A stretch of 47,825 nt of DNA from Acidimicrobiales bacterium (lineage in GTDB: Bacteria > Actinomycetota > Acidimicrobiia > Acidimicrobiales > VFJN01), in contig DASUQS010000192.1 of NCBI GenBank assembly GCA_036280455.1, forward strand, positions 1-47,825. The letters run 5' to 3'. The translations under genes were made by a program, and so were the position numbers. The notes beneath the pieces are model-generated. The model was not told the DNA's origin, ran no database searches, and worked only from the letters and a program-made list of their open reading frames with translations. Of the stretch, positions 43,944-47,825 are shown in pieces (position 1 is the first letter of the stretch; every line of letters starts with the position of its first letter).

Positions 43944-44345
43944 TCAGCTCGCCCTGCTGGTGGTGACGGGCGGTGCCTGCGTGGGGGCGACAGCCGGCGT
44001 CGACCCGCCTCGGGCCGAGTCCGCCGGGCGGCTCGACCGCCGCACCACCACCACGGTTGCAGGCCCGTCGGATGGGCTCGCCGGGGTGGTCGACGGGGGC
44101 GGGGTGGCCATGGCCGCCACCAGGGCGAACGCCGCGCCTGCGCTGATCCCGGCGGCGAGGAGGCGGCCGCCCGCGGCGGCGTGGGTGCGCCGGCGTGGGC
44201 GACCCTTCCGCTCGCCCTCGCCGTCGCTCTTGCCAGCGGAGCCAGCCGACGAGGCGCGCCGGTGGCGCAGCTGGTCGAGGCGCTCGCGGCGATCGTCGGC
44301 CTCGCCGCCCGGGACGGTGCGGCCTGGCGGGGGATCAGTCGTCAT
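43944..44345 (-). CDS. Hypothetical Pro/Arg-rich single-pass membrane protein
   Basis: 133-aa ORF tightly packed between its neighbours (a 3-nt gap to apbE and an 11-nt overlap with the upstream gene). It has one TM (LLAAGISAGAAFALVAAMA). The low-complexity composition keeps confidence moderate. Confidence 0.5.
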   Translation of the reverse strand: MTTDPPPGRTVPGGEADDRRERLDQLRHRRASSAGSAGKSDGEGERKGRPRRRTHAAAGGRLLAAGISAGAAFALVAAMATPPPSTTPASPSDGPATVVVVRRSSRPADSARGGSTPAVAPTQAPPVTTSRAS

Positions 44346-44673
44346 CGTCCGCGCCCTCGTACTCGTGATCGTCGTCGTCGTGGTCGTCGTCGTCCTCGTA
44401 GACGTCTTCCTCGTACGCGTCGTCCTCGTCGCGGTCGATGTCGTCGCGGTCGTCGTCCTCGCCGTGACGGCTGGGTGCTGTCGCCGGGCTGGCTGCGGGC
44501 TCGTCGATGTAGATGGTGTCGGGCGTCGTCGCGGTGTCCACAGGGCTGATCTGTCCGACGCCGTCGTCGCCCGAGGCGCCGACGATTCCGGTGTTGAGGC
44601 CGATCGCGGCGGCTCCGGAGAGCAGCGTGAGGGAGACTGTCGCCGCGGCGATCACGGCCTTGCGTCGTTCCAT
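44335..44673 (-). CDS. Small secreted/anchored protein with an extremely acidic Asp/Glu-rich C-terminal tail
   Basis: 112 aa with a signal/anchor (MERRKAVIAAATVSLTLLSGAAAIG) and the C-terminus HGEDDDRDDIDRDEDDAYEEDVYEDDDDHDDDDHEYEGADDDD. Confidence 0.6.
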   Translation of the reverse strand: MERRKAVIAAATVSLTLLSGAAAIGLNTGIVGASGDDGVGQISPVDTATTPDTIYIDEPAASPATAPSRHGEDDDRDDIDRDEDDAYEEDVYEDDDDHDDDDHEYEGADDDD

Positions 44674-44742
44674 CTGGGCTCCTTGTGTCCAACCGGGTCG
44701 TTGTCCGGGTTCGACGTTACGGAGACCCTGGTGAGCGGCCCG

Positions 44743-46176
44743 TCAGCCCGAGGTGAGCGCAGGGTTAGGCTTTCCGGCCCGTCGTGCTCCGGTGCCGTCC
44801 CGTCGCGCCGTCCCGCCCCTGAGCCGCACGACGGCGTCGAGGCCCTGCCCGTCCGGCCCCGCGTCGAGTCGTGTGTCACCGCCGCAGGCACGTGCGAGCT
44901 GGTCCACGATGGCGAGGCCGAGGCCGAAGCCCTTCCCGGTTGCGCCCGGCGGGCGCCAGAAGCGCTCGAAGGCGTGGTCGCGCACCTCGGGCGACATGCC
45001 CGGGCCCTGGTCGGTGACGTGGAGCTCGATCCACGGGGCGGCCTCGACGATGCGGACCGTCACGGCTGTGCCCGGTGGGGCCACGCCGAGGGCGTTGGAG
45101 AGGAGGTTGTCGAGGATCTGCTCCAGCGCTCCCAGCGGCGCCCGTACCAGGGTCGTGCCGGGATCCTCGACGGTCACCTCGGCACCGCGCTCGCGTGCCA
45201 CCGGTCGCCAGGACGCGGCCCGCCCGGTTGCGATCGCGTGCAGGTCCACGACGGCGATCTCGTCGGTGGCGGCATCGCTGCGGGCGAGGACCAACAGCGA
45301 GTCCACCAGCCGGGCCAGGCGCTCCGTCTCGGCGACGGCCGCTGCCAGCTTGGGGCGGCAAGCCGTGGGAACGTCAGGCTCGAGGGTCTCCAGGCGCAGG
45401 CGTAGGGCCGTCAGCGGTGTGCGCAGCTGGTGCGAGGCGTCGGCGACGAATCGTCGGTGCGACGCCACCAGGTGCGCGAGCCGGTCCGCCATCAGGTTGA
45501 ACGTCGCGGCCAGGGCGCGCAGCTCGGGGGCGCCGTCCCCGGCCTCGACCCGCGCTGCGAGGTCGCCGGCCGCCAGCCGCTGTGCGGCACCCTCCAGGCG
45601 TCGCACCGGCCGGGTCACGCTGCGGGCGAGCACCATCCCCACGAGCGCGACCGTGAGGAGGACGACGGCGGACAGCGCCCCGAGTCGCAGCCACATGGAC
45701 GACACCCGGGCATCGACCGCGGACGTGGGGTAGGTGACCCGCACCGCCCCGTGCACGACACCTCCTGACGCCACCGGCACCGCCACGTACAGCAGCCCGG
45801 TCCCGGCGGTCTCGGAGTCCCGGGTGCCCGACGTGCGCCGGCCGTCGAGCGCGGCGGCGATCTCCGGCCGCGTCGAGAAGTCACGTCGGTCGCCTGCCGG
45901 CCGATCCGAGTCGACGACGCTGACACCGTCGGTGTCGACGACCACGATCCGGCCGCCGGTGTCCGCATAGTCCGCCGACACGCTGTCGATCGACGGCGTG
46001 CCGCCGGCCTCGAGGTCATCCTCCACCAGCGACGCGACCGCCTGCGCATCCCGTTCGATGTCGAACACCAGCCGGTCGTGCTCCCGGTCCGCGAACACCA
46101 GGCCCAGAGGCACGACCACCACCGCCAGAACGAAGGCTGTGATGGTCAGGTACGTGGCGAGCAGGCGGCGGACCAC
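44743..46176 (-). CDS. Two-component sensor histidine kinase (two TM segments, HAMP, HisKA, HATPase_c)
   Basis: 477 aa. H-box FVADASHQLRTPLTAL, N-box LDNLLSNAL, G-boxes DQGPGM and GFGLGLAIV. GTG start at 46176. Confidence 0.9.
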   Translation of the reverse strand: MVRRLLATYLTITAFVLAVVVVPLGLVFADREHDRLVFDIERDAQAVASLVEDDLEAGGTPSIDSVSADYADTGGRIVVVDTDGVSVVDSDRPAGDRRDFSTRPEIAAALDGRRTSGTRDSETAGTGLLYVAVPVASGGVVHGAVRVTYPTSAVDARVSSMWLRLGALSAVVLLTVALVGMVLARSVTRPVRRLEGAAQRLAAGDLAARVEAGDGAPELRALAATFNLMADRLAHLVASHRRFVADASHQLRTPLTALRLRLETLEPDVPTACRPKLAAAVAETERLARLVDSLLVLARSDAATDEIAVVDLHAIATGRAASWRPVARERGAEVTVEDPGTTLVRAPLGALEQILDNLLSNALGVAPPGTAVTVRIVEAAPWIELHVTDQGPGMSPEVRDHAFERFWRPPGATGKGFGLGLAIVDQLARACGGDTRLDAGPDGQGLDAVVRLRGGTARRDGTGARRAGKPNPALTSG

Positions 46177-46179
46177 GAT

Positions 46180-46917
46180 CTACTCCGGCGGGTCCAGCCT
46201 GTAGCCGACCCCCCGCAGGGTCGTGATCCACCGGCGCGAGTCGCCGAGCTTGCGGCGCAGCGAGGCCACATGGACGTCGAGCGTCTTGGTCGAGCCCCAC
46301 CAGTGCTCGTCCCACACCCGAGCGATGATGTCCTCCCGCGACTGCACCCGGGACGGTTCCTCCGCCAGGAACGCGAGCAGGTCGAGCTCCTTGGGCGTCA
46401 GGTCGAGCTCGTCGCCGGCCATCCACACCCGCCGGGCGGCCCGGTCGATGACCAACGGGCCGAGCACCTGGTCCGCCGGTCCCTCGAGGAACCGCGCCGC
46501 GCTCGTACGGCGCTGCACCGCGCGGATCCGGGCGACGAGCTCCCGGAACCCGAACGGCTTGACCACGTAGTCGTCTGCCCCCATCTCGAGCAGCAGGACC
46601 CGATCCAGCTCGTCGGACCGCGCGGTCACGACGATGATCGGAACGCCCGTGCGGGCACGCAACCGGCGGCACACCTCGCCTCCGTCGAGGTCCGGCAGGC
46701 CCAGGTCGAGCAGCACCAGGTCGGGCTCGCCGGCGTCCAGCGCCGCCGCTCCGGTGGCGACGAGCGTCACGTCGTAGCCCTCCCGCTCGAGGCCCTCGAC
46801 CAGCGGCTCTGCGATCGACTCGTCGTCCTCGACCACCAGCAGACGCCGCCCCTCCGCCGCGGCGGTCTGCCCGCCGGCGCCTATTCGCGACGCAGTGTGG
46901 TCTGCCACGACCTCCAC
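46180..46917 (-). CDS. OmpR/PhoB-family response regulator
   Basis: Receiver domain (RRLLVVEDDESIAEPL...DLVLLDLGLPDLDG...KPF) and winged-helix domain (LTPKELDLLAFL...TLDVHVASLRRKL...LRGVGYRL). The start is GTG 46917 or 46908; the track ORF extends to 46974. Confidence 0.9.
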   Translation of the reverse strand: MEVVADHTASRIGAGGQTAAAEGRRLLVVEDDESIAEPLVEGLEREGYDVTLVATGAAALDAGEPDLVLLDLGLPDLDGGEVCRRLRARTGVPIIVVTARSDELDRVLLLEMGADDYVVKPFGFRELVARIRAVQRRTSAARFLEGPADQVLGPLVIDRAARRVWMAGDELDLTPKELDLLAFLAEEPSRVQSREDIIARVWDEHWWGSTKTLDVHVASLRRKLGDSRRWITTLRGVGYRLDPPE

Positions 46918-47116
46918 GATGCACCTCCTCCGCCTCGTCCGCACGGGCCGAAGGGCCCGATCCCGACGCCCCACCGCACGTTCGAGCCAGATCGCTGTGC
47001 GGCGCTGGACCCCGTCCTCCGCGACGGTCTCCTGTGCTGCGCCGGCGGTTCAGGGTGTCGTGAGCTGCTCGTCGAGATGGGCCAGCCGCTCGTCGAGGCG
47101 CGGCGCGAGGGCGGGG

Positions 47117-47494
47117 TCAGTCCTGCTTGCGGGCGATCGCCTGGGCGAGCTCGATCTTGTCCATCTTCGAGCGACCCTCGACGCCCAGATCCTTGGCCCG
47201 CTCGTAGAGCTCGTCCTTCGAGTGGCCCTGGACGTCCACGCCACCCGCGGTCTCGCGGTCGGTGTCCGCTCCGCCCTCGGCTCGGGGGTCGGAGGGACCC
47301 TTCTCGTCCTTCGGCTCCCAGTGGTCGCCGACCTTCTCGAAGCTGTGCTTGACCGCCGCGTAGGCGGTCCGGTGGGCCCGCTCCTCGGAGTCGTACTCCT
47401 CGTGAGCGGAGTCGAGCGCCTTCTCGTACGTGCGCTGAGCCTTCTTCGGGGAGCGCTGCAGCGTGCCCGGAAGGTCTTCCTCGTCGGTCGGCAT
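47117..47494 (-). CDS. ChaB-family protein with a C-terminal Rho_N/SAP-like helix-hairpin
   Basis: 125 aa. LPGTLQRSPKKAQRTYEKALDSAHEEY...AHRTAYAAVKHSFEKVGDHW is the ChaB pattern. SKDELYERAKDLGVEGRSKMDKIELAQAIARK is a Rho N-terminal-like motif. Confidence 0.8.
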   Translation of the reverse strand: MPTDEEDLPGTLQRSPKKAQRTYEKALDSAHEEYDSEERAHRTAYAAVKHSFEKVGDHWEPKDEKGPSDPRAEGGADTDRETAGGVDVQGHSKDELYERAKDLGVEGRSKMDKIELAQAIARKQD

Positions 47495-47524
47495 CCGTGC
47501 CTCCTCTGCTCGCGTGACGCGGGA

Positions 47525-47755
47525 CTACCCGCAGATCCGGTCTGCACACAGGTCGCGGGTCGAGTGCCGCGCACGCCGCCACGGTGCCCCGACCGCGAGG
47601 CGGAGCTCGGCGAACGCCTCGACCAGATCAAGGACGCGGTCCTGGAGCAGAGCGGCAGCATCAGCGTCATCCCCGCTGATCCCGTCCAGGTCCCCTCGGG
47701 CGATCGGCGGCACGGGTGGTTCGTCACCTGGGGACGTGGGTAGACGATGCGCCAT
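47525..47755 (-). CDS. Hypothetical protein (weak call)
   Basis: 76-aa ORF with only moderate G/C third-position bias and no recognisable motif. Its ATG shares a CATG with a possible divergent plus-strand start at 47754. Confidence 0.25.
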   Translation of the reverse strand: MAHRLPTSPGDEPPVPPIARGDLDGISGDDADAAALLQDRVLDLVEAFAELRLAVGAPWRRARHSTRDLCADRICG

Positions 47756-47825
47756 GCCCGCGCCCCTCGCCGATCCGGCGGGCGCCGACTCCGACGTCGC
47801 GGCGATCGCGCGGGAGGGGTTGGCG

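Noticed and set aside
43633-45405. 590-aa plus-strand ORF including a striking poly-Val run (VVIVRALVLVIVVVVVVVVLVDVFLV...)
   Set aside because: The poly-Val stretch is simply the reverse-complement reading of the Asp/Glu-rich tail (GAC/GTC repeats) of the minus-strand gene 44335..44673. The rest is antisense to ApbE and the histidine kinase.
47754-47825. Possible plus-strand gene start (MPAPLADPAGADSDVAAIAREGLA...) running off the window end
   Set aside because: Only 24 codons are visible, no motif is recognisable, and its ATG shares a CATG with the equally weak divergent ORF 47525..47755. There is not enough evidence to call it.
1-47825. Search for CRISPR arrays, IS elements/transposases, integrases, prophage genes or known defence-system genes
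   Set aside because: I saw no regularly spaced direct repeats, terminal inverted repeats, or transposase, recombinase or phage-like products in any frame. The STAND-like ATPase at 5144..7765 has a LuxR HTH output and reads as a transcription factor, not a defence NLR.

Overview
This is a very GC-rich, actinobacterium-like chromosomal segment. Codon third positions are almost all G/C, and many adjacent genes overlap by ATGA, GTGA or TGATG. I can support about 45 protein-coding genes. I saw no rRNA, tRNA, CRISPR array, transposase, integrase or recognisable phage or defence gene.

Gene order:
- 1-4922 (minus strand): an operon of P-type cation ATPase, PPK2, a PLDc_N/SHOCT membrane protein and a DHA2 MFS transporter.
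- 5144-7765: a large LuxR-family ATPase regulator (LAL/MalT-like).
- 7762-9332: two divergently arranged copies of a two-gene module, each an uncharacterised ~150-aa protein followed by a SHOCT-tail protein.
- 9342-14271: an arginine deiminase operon (arcB-arcC-arcA, a possible 58-aa membrane peptide, and a YfcC-type transporter).
- 14322-17766: an orphan P-loop protein and a large secreted beta-propeller/PKD-like protein.
- 17972-30849: two convergent operons that together look like a sulfated-glycan island. One encodes a pyruvate-kinase-like::ATP-sulfurylase fusion, a sulfotransferase and an NAD epimerase. The other encodes a priming sugar transferase, Wzz-like PCP, GT4, Wzy, Wzx and a nucleotidyltransferase-like::P-loop kinase fusion. 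A CPA2 antiporter lies between them.
- 31241-33283: a Tat lipoprotein and a CMD-family protein.
- 33314-35354: a FabH-like pair, one catalytic and one degenerate.
- 35547-38362: a TreT-like glycosyltransferase coupled to a GalT/HIT-like phosphorylase, then a 123-aa P-type-ATPase 'head-to-tail' mini-ORF.
- 38382-41251: DUF3048, a Zn-ADH and a small Zn-ribbon ORF.
- 41427-46917 (minus strand): an operon of response regulator, histidine kinase, Asp-rich secreted protein, Pro-rich membrane protein, ApbE, a ferric-reductase-like membrane protein and a metallophosphoesterase.
- 47117-47494: a ChaB/Rho_N protein.

The most unusual items are the PK-like::ATP sulfurylase fusion inside a sulfotransferase/Wzx-Wzy locus that has no canonical APS kinase, and a conserved CCACCC-N-GGGTGG element shared by two divergent promoter regions. 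All functional calls come from reading motifs by eye; no database search was run.
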